From: a virus
Reading direction: 5' to 3' (one strand)
Virus record (IMG/VR): IMGVR_UViG_3300009034_000015
Coordinates: 1-64,000 of that record
DNA length: 64,000 nt
The notes under the pieces were generated by a model. It did no database searches. It saw only the letters and a list, made by a program, of their open reading frames with translations, and was not told the DNA's origin. Positions 53,539 to 62,872 of this stretch are shown here, one piece after another. The translations under genes were made by a program, and so were the position numbers. Within the stretch, counting starts at the first letter, position 1, and each line of letters starts with the position of its first letter.

Positions 53539-55138
53539 CTTCTACCTCCACTTCTTCTTCTTTAACTCTTGAAATTCCTTGAACTGAATAACCAGTTATT
53601 TCTCCAGATTTAATTGCTTTCCAAATTTCCTTATCCAATACCTTAGTAGTTATTAACCAAGAATTTTTTTTAATTTCATAACCATCTATTTTAAAATTAA
53701 CAGGAGCGATATAATTTTCTAATATTTTTAATGAAGAGGGAAACATCGAATGCATTAAACCTAATGTTGCAAAATCCTGCATAAATTTAAAACAAGTCTT
53801 TCTTATCTCTTCAGCAGATATAATTTCACCCTGACCATCAATAGTCTCAGGCTCAAGAACTACACCTGTCACTAACTGCTCATCTTCTTTAGCTTTATAA
53901 ATAGGAACAAATCTATTAAAATGTTCTTTAGTATCATCTGGTAATTGTTTTTTTACTTCCTCTGGTAAATCTTTATAACCAATAGCTTTTAAAGCTTTTA
54001 AGGTATCAGGATTCCAAATTATATTTATCTTTTCTTTTTTAGCTTTCTCTTTTTCTTTCTGCTGATCATGAGTAGTTATATATGGCTCTTGAGTTTTAAT
54101 AGGTTTATTTATTTTCCACCATTCATCAGGGACTTTTTCATAATCCTCTCCACTTATTAACGAAATATTATACCTACCATTTAAACCCTTATTCTTTTTA
54201 AAGAAGAGAAAATATTCGTGATAATCAGTTTTTTGAACCCCATAAATTGCTAATCCAGAATCTACATAATCAATTCTACCAGCAGTTTCTTCAGTAGCAC
54301 CAGCCTGACCAACCTCTGCAAAATAAGTAGGTTTTTTAGAGCTTACTAAATGCAACCATTTTAAATTATGTAAAGGTCTTTTTTGTGCAGATATATTACT
54401 TTCATCATCAAAGAATTTATTTTTTAAAATATCTTCAACCCTACCATCTTTTAAAAATTGAATAATAGCCCCTGGAGTATTTAAAGCCCAATCAATTAAT
54501 AACTTTTTATCAGATAATAATATTCTTAAATCTAAATGTGCATTACCTCTATTGATTAAAACATTCATTAAACCAGCTAATTCATTTTTCTTTGGAGGTT
54601 TTTTACTAATAAATTTACTTATTACTTCTGAAACTTTTCCACCAGTATCAGAAGCTTTTTGAGCACTTGCTTTTAATTTACCTAAATCATTTTTTAAAAT
54701 AGCTATTTTATAATTACTCCAAAGTTTTCTTAAAGCTTTATTAGCCTCATCATCAGGCAATCGTTTAATCTTTTTTAAATTAGTTTTAATATCATTAATA
54801 TCCTTTTCACTCCAAATCCCTCTACTGTGCTTTTGAATAACAAATTTATTAGTTTTAATTCCTTCTTGCTTAACCATATAAGGATTAGTATTTTTTTGTT
54901 TTATCTCTTCATCTTTAACTAAAAGCTCATTTTTAACATTATCTTTATTATCTTTTTCTATACTTTCAATTATATCTAATTTCTTTTTTTCTGCATCAAT
55001 CTTTTTAATAATAGGAAATAACCAACTATAAGGAGTTTCACCAGCCTCAATTTCACGCTTTTTTATTTCCTCTAAAACAAAAACATAAGCGTTAATTAAA
55101 TCTTCTTTATTAAATTTATTTAATTCTATATTAATCAT
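53531..55138 (-). CDS. Head protein: LigD 3'-phosphoesterase-like motifs plus XkdF-type protease domain
   Basis: FVIQKH..G...HLDLR...W motifs; C-terminal QLVTGVVLEP..D.QGE...MH...GEITGYSVQG; start taken at the ATG at 55138. Confidence 0.65.
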   Translation of the reverse strand: MINIELNKFNKEDLINAYVFVLEEIKKREIEAGETPYSWLFPIIKKIDAEKKKLDIIESIEKDNKDNVKNELLVKDEEIKQKNTNPYMVKQEGIKTNKFVIQKHSRGIWSEKDINDIKTNLKKIKRLPDDEANKALRKLWSNYKIAILKNDLGKLKASAQKASDTGGKVSEVISKFISKKPPKKNELAGLMNVLINRGNAHLDLRILLSDKKLLIDWALNTPGAIIQFLKDGRVEDILKNKFFDDESNISAQKRPLHNLKWLHLVSSKKPTYFAEVGQAGATEETAGRIDYVDSGLAIYGVQKTDYHEYFLFFKKNKGLNGRYNISLISGEDYEKVPDEWWKINKPIKTQEPYITTHDQQKEKEKAKKEKINIIWNPDTLKALKAIGYKDLPEEVKKQLPDDTKEHFNRFVPIYKAKEDEQLVTGVVLEPETIDGQGEIISAEEIRKTCFKFMQDFATLGLMHSMFPSSLKILENYIAPVNFKIDGYEIKKNSWLITTKVLDKEIWKAIKSGEITGYSVQGISRVKEEEVEVEDG

Positions 55139-55556
55139 TTTTAGATACCGCCTCAAATAACTCTTTATTCCATTCTTTATAATCTTCTGGCTTAAAAACA
55201 AATTCCCTTTTAATCATTTCTTTATAAATCTTTTTAGCTAATTTAACAACTTGTTCTTTAGTAAATTTAAACTCTTTCTTGTCTTCCTTTATAGTAAAAT
55301 ACCAATCATTAATAATTTTCCAATCATCTACTAATTGCTCATCTATAATTTCTTTAGGTTCATATTCATCTATATCTTTTATTTTAATTTCAATTTCTCC
55401 TATTTCTGGTTTATTTAAAGCCCCACCTGCATTAGAAATTCCTAAAGCTTTCTGAACAGATTTATCATAAATTTCATGTAATAATCCATGAAGCTCTAAT
55501 AAATCTTTATCAGAAATAGTTTTTAAATAATCTGAATTTATTTCATTTAGTTTCAT
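55131..55556 (-). CDS. Hypothetical head-module protein
   Basis: MKLNEINSDYL... helical ORF coupled to its neighbours. Confidence 0.6.
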   Translation of the reverse strand: MKLNEINSDYLKTISDKDLLELHGLLHEIYDKSVQKALGISNAGGALNKPEIGEIEIKIKDIDEYEPKEIIDEQLVDDWKIINDWYFTIKEDKKEFKFTKEQVVKLAKKIYKEMIKREFVFKPEDYKEWNKELFEAVSKND

Positions 55557-55707
55557 CTTCTTCTTCAATTGAAATTACTTTACCAAAAGTAGAGGAAATA
55601 AATTTATTATCTTCTAAAACTGTTTCTTCATAATAAACAGCTTTTTCTTTATCCACCGCATTATAATCTTTATCAAAAAAAGTAGTTATAGTTTCTTTCT
55701 TACTCAT
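55543..55707 (-). CDS. Small acidic protein (54 aa, not in ORF track); candidate immunity protein
   Basis: MSKKETITTFFDKDYNAVDKEKAVYYEE...; ATG overlaps the portal-fusion stop; GAGGA RBS. Confidence 0.6.
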   Translation of the reverse strand: MSKKETITTFFDKDYNAVDKEKAVYYEETVLEDNKFISSTFGKVISIEEEDETK

Positions 55708-58424
55708 TAAAATAATTCCTCAAAAAATTTAACCCGCTTTGGATGATTCTTAATAAACTTTTTATTACCTTCTAACCATAAACTAAAAGAATGTGAAAAA
55801 TCTTCAAAATCAGATTTTAAATAACCTTCTGGTAAATCTAATGCAGTAAACTTTTCCTTACTAACAAGTGATTTAAAACTATTAGCAGTAGTAGGATTAG
55901 TAATTGCGTAAGCATGTCCAAATTCATGATATAAAGTTAAAGCATCAGCGTCTTTATATAACTTTACATTTTTTCCTATATCACAAGTTCCAGTAATATT
56001 AGCTTTACCCCAAGGAGTTTTAGCTGTTTCTTTTTTGCCATAAATCTTAACCGAGTTAACAGCTTTCTGAACTTCTTTTGGCATTTCTCTAAAACTTTCT
56101 ATTAACAAAGCTTCAGGGAAAACTTTTTCACCACCTTCTAAAAATTGCATTCTTGGATATATAGAATTACTAATAAATTTTACTTCTGGATCAAACTCTA
56201 CTACACAATAACAATATCCATTACATCTTGAAGTTCCATCACCAGGCCAGGCAGGTAAATCATGTCGGGTTTTATAAGGATTACCAGCTTCAAAATCTGC
56301 ACAATCAGGGCAAGACTTTCCAGATGTAGTTCTCCAGAAACACACAGAAACATCCCACTCAGAAGCAGTTACTTGTTTTTTAACTGGTTTTAATCCAAGC
56401 CTTTCTCTTGCTTCTATTTCAGTATCAATAGCTTTTCCTATTTCTTCTCCAAATACTGCATTAGCAACAGACCAAATAGCTGCACTGTATAAATTTACAC
56501 GATAATCTAAACCTTTAACTGATTTAGTAACCGCTTCTTTAGTTTTTTTAATATCTACATTTTCTTTATATAATAAATCTAAATCATCAGTTAATCGTTT
56601 ATTAAGGTTTTTAAATAACTTCTTTCTTAAAAACTCCTCATTCCATTTTAATCGCTCTTTAATTATTTTTCTAATCTCTTGATTAGTCAAATAAGTTTCT
56701 CCAGTAATTTCAGATGCTGCTTTCTGAGCTACTCTTGCAGTATGATAAAAATATTTTTCTGCTAATTTAAGCCAGTTTGTTAAACATATATCAGTCTGCT
56801 TATTTATTTCCTTTATACCCTGGGTTTTAGCTCCTTCAAACTTTGTAAAGAATTTAATTACATTATCAGTCATTCTATCCCAATAACCAGATAATTTATT
56901 ATTATAATTCTTTTTAACATTTAAAACTTTTTCAACAGGCAAAACCACTTTGCCTTTTAAATCATCTATTTCTTTTTGTGTAAGTTCTGCAACTTCTTCA
57001 AATTCTTCTGCTGAATCACCCTCTAATAACTGTAAAACCTTTTCACTTTCACCACTTTCATCTACCTCTTCAGAATCTATTCCCTCTTCATCAACACCAA
57101 TTACATCTTTTTCTGAAGCTAATATTTTACCAAGTTTAATTACCTTATTGCCTACTATTAATAAATGTTGATCTCCTCCAGGAACTTCAGATAAACCACG
57201 CTTTTTCCTTACTTCATTTAATGTCTTAACTCCAGAATGAAAATAAATTTTAGAAGTCTTAGCTTGAGTTTCATCTTCCTCAATCTCTTCTAATTCCCAT
57301 TTAAAATAAACATCATTATATAATTCTGGTAAAATTTCAGTATTAATATAATAAGCAATTAATTTAGCAATAGGAATTATTAAACGGCTCTTACCTAAAA
57401 ATCTTTGCTCCTTAGCTGTTGCCTTTGGAACATCCTGGGTAGAACCCATCTCGACTGGCATTAAGCCAAAATTTCTCCAGATAATCCTTTCAATAACTAG
57501 CATCAACTCCTCTAATTGCATATCTCTATTAGGTTGATGAAAAGGAATCCATTGAGCTTTACCATCAGTTCCATAAACTACTCTTATTTTAAATAGATTA
57601 CCTTTATATTGTTTAAATTGTGCTTTCGCTCTTTCATAAGCATCTACACTTACTGGCCCAAGATCAAGAACCCCAGGTGGTATTTCATCTTCTGTAAAAC
57701 TATCGCATATATGTTTAATAGATTGCATTAAAGCTGCAACCTCATCAATAATAGATTCTATAATAGGAAGGCCATAAAGATTATGAGTAACAGGATGTAA
57801 AATTATATCTACTATATCTTGTGATCTAAAATTAACATCATTCTCGGCCATATAATCGCCTTCTTGAACATAACCAAGAATAACCCCATGAATATCTGCC
57901 TTTGGTTTTATTGTAGCTACATCCCTCGCCCATAGCTCTACTAAATGACCTTTTAAATTTCTAACTTTTTCAATCTTACCAGTATCACAAACTAATAAAT
58001 CATTTAACATCTTTGACATTAATTGTTGAAAATTCTCTTGATTAACATTAGGATTGTTTAATAACTCAGTAGCCTCAGTTACATGAGCATCATCTACATC
58101 TTTATTTTTCTTAACTATATTCCAATCTAAAGTAGAAACAGTTCTTACTATATTATCAACAGCAGGTCTAACGGCAGAAGATTGATGATATATATCTCTT
58201 AACCTTTCGTAACTAAGTAATTTACCTGTTCTTGAAATACTCTCATCTTCACTAAGTTTCATTAAACCAGTTTGTAAACCTTTAACTTCTCCTCTCAATC
58301 TTCTGTTCTGGCTATCAACAGCAGTAATCTGTTCAGATAATTTATCAATCTTACTTGATTGCTTTTTAACTAATTCTTTTGTTTCGTCTCTAAAAAATGG
58401 TATTTTCATTTTAGTCCCAATCAT
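55707..58424 (-). CDS. Portal protein fused to MuF-like and Zn-metallopeptidase domains
   Basis: Portal motifs (YGLPII, FGLMP, TLNEVR...GGD); MuF-like W...CPDC...P.....C...CYC; HEFGH...EDF. Confidence 0.85.
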   Translation of the reverse strand: MIGTKMKIPFFRDETKELVKKQSSKIDKLSEQITAVDSQNRRLRGEVKGLQTGLMKLSEDESISRTGKLLSYERLRDIYHQSSAVRPAVDNIVRTVSTLDWNIVKKNKDVDDAHVTEATELLNNPNVNQENFQQLMSKMLNDLLVCDTGKIEKVRNLKGHLVELWARDVATIKPKADIHGVILGYVQEGDYMAENDVNFRSQDIVDIILHPVTHNLYGLPIIESIIDEVAALMQSIKHICDSFTEDEIPPGVLDLGPVSVDAYERAKAQFKQYKGNLFKIRVVYGTDGKAQWIPFHQPNRDMQLEELMLVIERIIWRNFGLMPVEMGSTQDVPKATAKEQRFLGKSRLIIPIAKLIAYYINTEILPELYNDVYFKWELEEIEEDETQAKTSKIYFHSGVKTLNEVRKKRGLSEVPGGDQHLLIVGNKVIKLGKILASEKDVIGVDEEGIDSEEVDESGESEKVLQLLEGDSAEEFEEVAELTQKEIDDLKGKVVLPVEKVLNVKKNYNNKLSGYWDRMTDNVIKFFTKFEGAKTQGIKEINKQTDICLTNWLKLAEKYFYHTARVAQKAASEITGETYLTNQEIRKIIKERLKWNEEFLRKKLFKNLNKRLTDDLDLLYKENVDIKKTKEAVTKSVKGLDYRVNLYSAAIWSVANAVFGEEIGKAIDTEIEARERLGLKPVKKQVTASEWDVSVCFWRTTSGKSCPDCADFEAGNPYKTRHDLPAWPGDGTSRCNGYCYCVVEFDPEVKFISNSIYPRMQFLEGGEKVFPEALLIESFREMPKEVQKAVNSVKIYGKKETAKTPWGKANITGTCDIGKNVKLYKDADALTLYHEFGHAYAITNPTTANSFKSLVSKEKFTALDLPEGYLKSDFEDFSHSFSLWLEGNKKFIKNHPKRVKFFEELF

Positions 58425-59883
58425 CTATCCCAGAAAAATTTAAATTATCAGAAGAAACTTCATCAGCTAACAAAATAGAATCAATAACATCATTATACTG
58501 ACCTGGAAAAGAAGTAAATTCTTCAACCACATAATTCATAGATGATCTAATAAAAAACTTTTTATTCTCTATTGTAGGTTGTAATTTCATTGCTCTTGAT
58601 TCTGGATCAAGATTATGAAATATAGATTTTACTGGAATATCTGTCCTATCAATAAAAAAATTAGCTAATACTTTTTGATAAGCATTACCTTCAATACCAA
58701 CAATAGTTGGTTTAAACCTATCATTTTTTTCTTTTATTAATTTTATTTGCCTATCTAAACCTATAAATCCACGATAATAATCTAAGAGATACCTATTGCC
58801 ATCCATATCCTTACCAATAGTAGAATGAGCAAAAGCACTCCCATCAGTTGATTCAGTAGCAGGATCAACTCCTTGGAATACTCTAAGAGATTCTTGAAAT
58901 CTTATTTTCCTTCCATCCGGTAATGTTACTATCTTATCCATATCTTCATCGTTATAAAATCTAAACCATTTTTCCTTAAACATCTTTTCTTTAAGTGCAG
59001 CAACATCATTTAAATACTGTAAGTTAAATTTAATACTACCTTTTTCACGCTTTAAAGCTTTTAAAAATTGTAATGGAAACTTAGAAGGGAATAATGCTCT
59101 TTCTTTTTTACCTTCTTTTATAATTGCTTTTTCAACTACTATCTGATAATCTTTAAACCTACTTTTATTATGTTTAATTATATATCCATATAAATCAAAT
59201 AAATGCCAACGAGTTCCTATTATTATTAATTGACCACCAGGCTCAAGAATATCAGGCAATGATAAAAAGAAATCAATTACCTTTTGCCTTTCTGTCGGTG
59301 TCCTACTATTACCAAAGCTAACAGGATCATCAAGAATAATTAAATCAGCATGCTCAGAAACAATTTCTTGTCCTATTCCAACAGCTTCAATAGTAGGTTC
59401 TTTTAACTCCGCCCTTCTCCTTGATATAATAATTGTATTCTCTGTCCATTTATCTGCTAACTCATCTAAGTTACCATAGCAAGCTCTAAATAAAAGATTA
59501 CCTTTTATATGACCTTTTATTGCTCTTAAATAATTTTTTGCATTCTTTCCAATAGCATGAATTAATAAAACCCTCAAATCTCGATTCTTAATTATTCTCT
59601 GTAAAACATATCCAATAGTAATAAGTGTAGTTTTTAAATGACCTCTTGGGGCTAAAAATAAAATTCTTCTTTGATTAGGAACAATTTGCTTTGACCATTC
59701 CTTATGAGGCTGAACTGCTATCTGGTTATAACCAAGTATAAATTTTGTAAAGTAATATAAATCATTAAGCCCTCGCTTTGCAATATAAACAAACTTAGCA
59801 AGGGCTTGAAGTTTAATAATATATAAATATTCATTAGAATCAATGAATAGTTTCTTTACTCTTTTGTAAATCTTCTTCTGCAA
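58411..59883 (-). CDS. terL: Terminase large subunit
   Basis: APRGHLKT, LIILDDP, GTRWH, GVDPA, IEGN, DVIDS. Confidence 0.93.
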   Translation of the reverse strand: MQKKIYKRVKKLFIDSNEYLYIIKLQALAKFVYIAKRGLNDLYYFTKFILGYNQIAVQPHKEWSKQIVPNQRRILFLAPRGHLKTTLITIGYVLQRIIKNRDLRVLLIHAIGKNAKNYLRAIKGHIKGNLLFRACYGNLDELADKWTENTIIISRRRAELKEPTIEAVGIGQEIVSEHADLIILDDPVSFGNSRTPTERQKVIDFFLSLPDILEPGGQLIIIGTRWHLFDLYGYIIKHNKSRFKDYQIVVEKAIIKEGKKERALFPSKFPLQFLKALKREKGSIKFNLQYLNDVAALKEKMFKEKWFRFYNDEDMDKIVTLPDGRKIRFQESLRVFQGVDPATESTDGSAFAHSTIGKDMDGNRYLLDYYRGFIGLDRQIKLIKEKNDRFKPTIVGIEGNAYQKVLANFFIDRTDIPVKSIFHNLDPESRAMKLQPTIENKKFFIRSSMNYVVEEFTSFPGQYNDVIDSILLADEVSSDNLNFSGIDDWD

Positions 59884-60364
59884 TTTCTCCCTCTAATCTT
59901 ATTTTCTTGCCTCCAGGTATATTACCAGTTTTAATAAATTGTTTTAAAGCAGTTGGAGACATATTCTCAATCATTTGCATATAGGGCGGAATATCCTCTT
60001 TTCCTTCTATCTCACCAGAAGGAACGGTTGGAGTAAAAATCCCCTGTATCTTTGCTATTGAATCTTCTGCTTGTAAACAAATTTTTAAATCCTCTAATTC
60101 CCAGGCTTTATTAAATATCTTTAAACGCCTTTTAACCGCCCTTTCTTTTGCCTTATCTATATCATCATTTCCCTCAAGTGCTTGGCGTTGATATAAAATC
60201 TTTTTTGCATCTTTAATATAGTTTCTAATCTGCCTCGGTAATAACCGATAACGCTTACCAAAATAAACCTCTATCTCTTTAGCCCGCATCCCTTCTTGGA
60301 TACAATCAGCAATTTCTTCAACTCTTAATTGATACTCAGTAGAATGTTTTTGTTTTTTACTCAT
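59840..60364 (-). CDS. terS: Terminase small subunit
   Basis: N-terminal HTH-like segment, AKIQG; directly upstream of terL. Confidence 0.7.
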   Translation of the reverse strand: MSKKQKHSTEYQLRVEEIADCIQEGMRAKEIEVYFGKRYRLLPRQIRNYIKDAKKILYQRQALEGNDDIDKAKERAVKRRLKIFNKAWELEDLKICLQAEDSIAKIQGIFTPTVPSGEIEGKEDIPPYMQMIENMSPTALKQFIKTGNIPGGKKIRLEGEIAEEDLQKSKETIH

Positions 60365-60818
60365 CTATAACTTTTTCTGGCATTAGCTCATAACCACCAA
60401 TACTAAATAAAAGAAACTGCCTCGCATTCAAATCCCCAGAACCAGATAATCTAACTCCGTATCCTATATTTACTAAGCAAGTTTTACCTTTCTGTAAAAA
60501 CCCTAAATTAAGTGAAACTGATAAATCAACCCTATCTGCATTCACTCCTTCCAGATAAGAATAAACCCCTATATCAAAATCTAGAAGATTGGGCTTTTCT
60601 TTAGAGATATAATAAATGGTTCCCTTGACTCCAATACCTAAACCTGAATTTAAGACTATATCAAGCTCACCATCATTAATATCCTCATCCATCTTTAGGT
60701 TTCCTACCTTAATCAAACCAGCAGATAAGGCGCTATCAACACTAACATCCTTTGCTTCTCCCTTGCCAACGAATCCTAATAAAAGGATTACTACCAGCAT
60801 TCCAATTAGTTTCTTCAT
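60357..60818 (-). CDS. Exported beta-rich protein
   Basis: Sec signal peptide MKKLIGMLVVILLLGFVGKGEA; alternating amphipathic strands. Confidence 0.65.
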   Translation of the reverse strand: MKKLIGMLVVILLLGFVGKGEAKDVSVDSALSAGLIKVGNLKMDEDINDGELDIVLNSGLGIGVKGTIYYISKEKPNLLDFDIGVYSYLEGVNADRVDLSVSLNLGFLQKGKTCLVNIGYGVRLSGSGDLNARQFLLFSIGGYELMPEKVIDE

Positions 60819-60821
60819 TTT

Positions 60822-61013
60822 TTAACTCCTTTCTGTTAAATAATTAAAATTAAACTCTACCCAGAAAATTTTCTGAAGTAATTTAAAAATAGGTTTTATT
60901 ATAAATCTCAAAATTGTTAATCTAAAAATAAATAATTTTAATCCCTTTATTTTTACTTCTACAGGAATAACGATATTTTTCTTAACTTTCTTTAAATCAA
61001 TTTCTGCTTTCAT
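60822..61013 (-). CDS. Hypothetical protein
   Basis: 63-aa coupled ORF. Confidence 0.6.
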   Translation of the reverse strand: MKAEIDLKKVKKNIVIPVEVKIKGLKLFIFRLTILRFIIKPIFKLLQKIFWVEFNFNYLTERS

Positions 61014-61373
61014 TTATTCTCCTATTCCAAATACTGTTTTTATAAAAGACATTATCAATCCTCCGCCTCCTCCAAGACTCCCTGCCGTTAACCTATCTTT
61101 CAATTTATTATTTTTTAATTTTTCTAACTCTTTTTCTGCATTCTCTAATCTAACTTCTTGTTCTATATTATTCATCTGAATTTCTTGTAGTGTATCTTTC
61201 ATCCCTTCTGTATCTGATTTAATATCAGCAAATTTACCATGCCCTTGTTTTAAATTAGTAATTACTTCTGCCTTAAACGAAGCCTGTTCTAATTTAACAT
61301 CATTTAAACCAGTATTAACTTCTTTAATATCAGTTTTCAGTTCACCGAATGCCTCTTTATATTCTTTGTCCAT
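61014..61373 (-). CDS. Coiled-coil protein with C-terminal Gly-rich hydrophobic anchor
   Basis: Heptad pattern; AGSLGGGGGLIMSFI tail (possible lysis accessory). Confidence 0.6.
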   Translation of the reverse strand: MDKEYKEAFGELKTDIKEVNTGLNDVKLEQASFKAEVITNLKQGHGKFADIKSDTEGMKDTLQEIQMNNIEQEVRLENAEKELEKLKNNKLKDRLTAGSLGGGGGLIMSFIKTVFGIGE

Positions 61374-61396
61374 TAGTTAACCCTTATTTATTATAA

Positions 61397-61426
61397 ATTA
61401 TAACTATACTTATATTCTAAATTAAT
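61397..61426 (-). promoter_or_regulatory. Promoter ATTAAT-N18-TATAAT heading the packaging/structural operon
   Basis: Variant of the repeated motif; shares TTATAATTTATAATAA with 10902 and 17887. Confidence 0.6.
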
Positions 61427-61507
61427 TACAGTTTATTATAAGTTTTTATTATTTATAATCATATAATTAAAAAAATAGTAGTAGTAGGCAGTAAAATAAA
61501 TAACTTG

Positions 61508-61834
61508 CTATTGAGTTCTAATTACTTCTATTGTCTTCCCTGCATCATTGCAGATATAGGCAACAGTATTAAAAAATACTGCAAACTCTTCACCGTTCTT
61601 ATCTCTAAAAGTTAACCTAACAAACTCAAAAGGCTTTTTAGAGTAATCCCATTTACTTGGCAAAGCTTCTTCTCCTTCTACAGCTTCAGTGCTAAAAATA
61701 TAGAAATCAGATTTTGAGCTTGCTTCATACTCTTCTTTTGAGCCCCACTCCTCATAGGTATAATGAATCCTTAACCCAACTTCAAATATCCACCATCCTT
61801 GTTTATCTTCAGTAGTCTGCACTTTAATAAACAT
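61508..61834 (-). CDS. Hypothetical protein flanked by inverted repeats
   Basis: AAGGAG RBS; ends YICNDAGKTIEVI. Confidence 0.75.
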   Translation of the reverse strand: MFIKVQTTEDKQGWWIFEVGLRIHYTYEEWGSKEEYEASSKSDFYIFSTEAVEGEEALPSKWDYSKKPFEFVRLTFRDKNGEEFAVFFNTVAYICNDAGKTIEVIRTQ

Positions 61835-61875
61835 CTGTCTTTCTCCTTTCTATCTACTACCTACTACTATTTTCT

Positions 61876-62139
61876 TTAACAAAGCCCAACAGGTTTTGGT
61901 CCATATCTAATTAAATCTTCTATTTGTTTTCTTTCTCCTAATAAATTAAAAATTCTCATTAGAATATAATTTTCTCCTGCACATAGTTTGGAGAGATTAG
62001 AAGTATTTGCTTTTAAAATACAAATAGTTTTTTCTAAATCATCAGACTCAAGATTATTATACTTGAAATTACAAATATAACCTTCTTCTTTTTCTTTTAC
62101 CTTAATAGGTAAACCTGTTTCCATTTTCTTTAATTTCAT
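61876..62139 (-). CDS. Hypothetical protein
   Basis: ORF with RBS. Confidence 0.6.
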   Translation of the reverse strand: MKLKKMETGLPIKVKEKEEGYICNFKYNNLESDDLEKTICILKANTSNLSKLCAGENYILMRIFNLLGERKQIEDLIRYGPKPVGLC

Positions 62140-62333
62140 TTTTTACTCCTTTCTGTTAAATAACTTCTTTCTATGCTTCTCCAAATATTAGTAGCATCAT
62201 AAAACTTTCTTTGGGTTTTATCACATCTAAGACAATACCTAAAATCAGTGCAGAAAAAAGCAGGAGCAGGAATATAAATATATTTGAATTTATGAAGGTT
62301 AAATAAACAAAGTAACCATTTTATAAAATTCAT
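62136..62333 (-). CDS. Small Cys/His protein (DUF1660-like pattern)
   Basis: LLCLFNLHK...CLRC; ATG at 62333 after AAGGAG. Confidence 0.55.
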   Translation of the reverse strand: MNFIKWLLCLFNLHKFKYIYIPAPAFFCTDFRYCLRCDKTQRKFYDATNIWRSIERSYLTERSKK

Positions 62334-62533
62334 CTTTACTCCTTTCAAAATGAGGAAATAAGATATTATATATGGTAATTAAAAGTTAATATAAAGGTAA
62401 CTAAAATTAAAACTGAGGTTATTAGAGTATATATTTACTAGAAGTAAAACAAAGGTAATCTAAGTTATAATTGAGGTTAATAGACCATTTATATACTACC
62501 TACTACCTAAAAAAAATTTGTTTTAGTATTTCA

Positions 62534-62872
62534 TTATTTAATCTTAATATCTATAACTTGATTAGTATCTAAAATTACCTTTCTACTTTTACCTTTTATA
62601 TTCTCATCTATTAGTAAATATCTATTTCCAATCTGTATTATCTTTCCTGCTACGAAATCACTAATTGTCATAAATACTAACTTTGTTTTATATACATTCT
62701 CTTTACTACCAGTTAATCTAATAAGAAACAATTCAAGTTCATTATAATTTACTTTATCTTCTTCCCATTCTTTTTGTAGCTCTAAATGCTCTTTATTCAT
62801 TTTCTTACTTAGTTCTTTCATTTCCCATCCTTGTTCCACCTTTATTGATTCTCTTTTTTCATTTCTATTCAT
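62534..62872 (-). CDS. Hypothetical protein
   Basis: AAGGAG RBS, 112 aa. Confidence 0.6.
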   Translation of the reverse strand: MNRNEKRESIKVEQGWEMKELSKKMNKEHLELQKEWEEDKVNYNELELFLIRLTGSKENVYKTKLVFMTISDFVAGKIIQIGNRYLLIDENIKGKSRKVILDTNQVIDIKIK

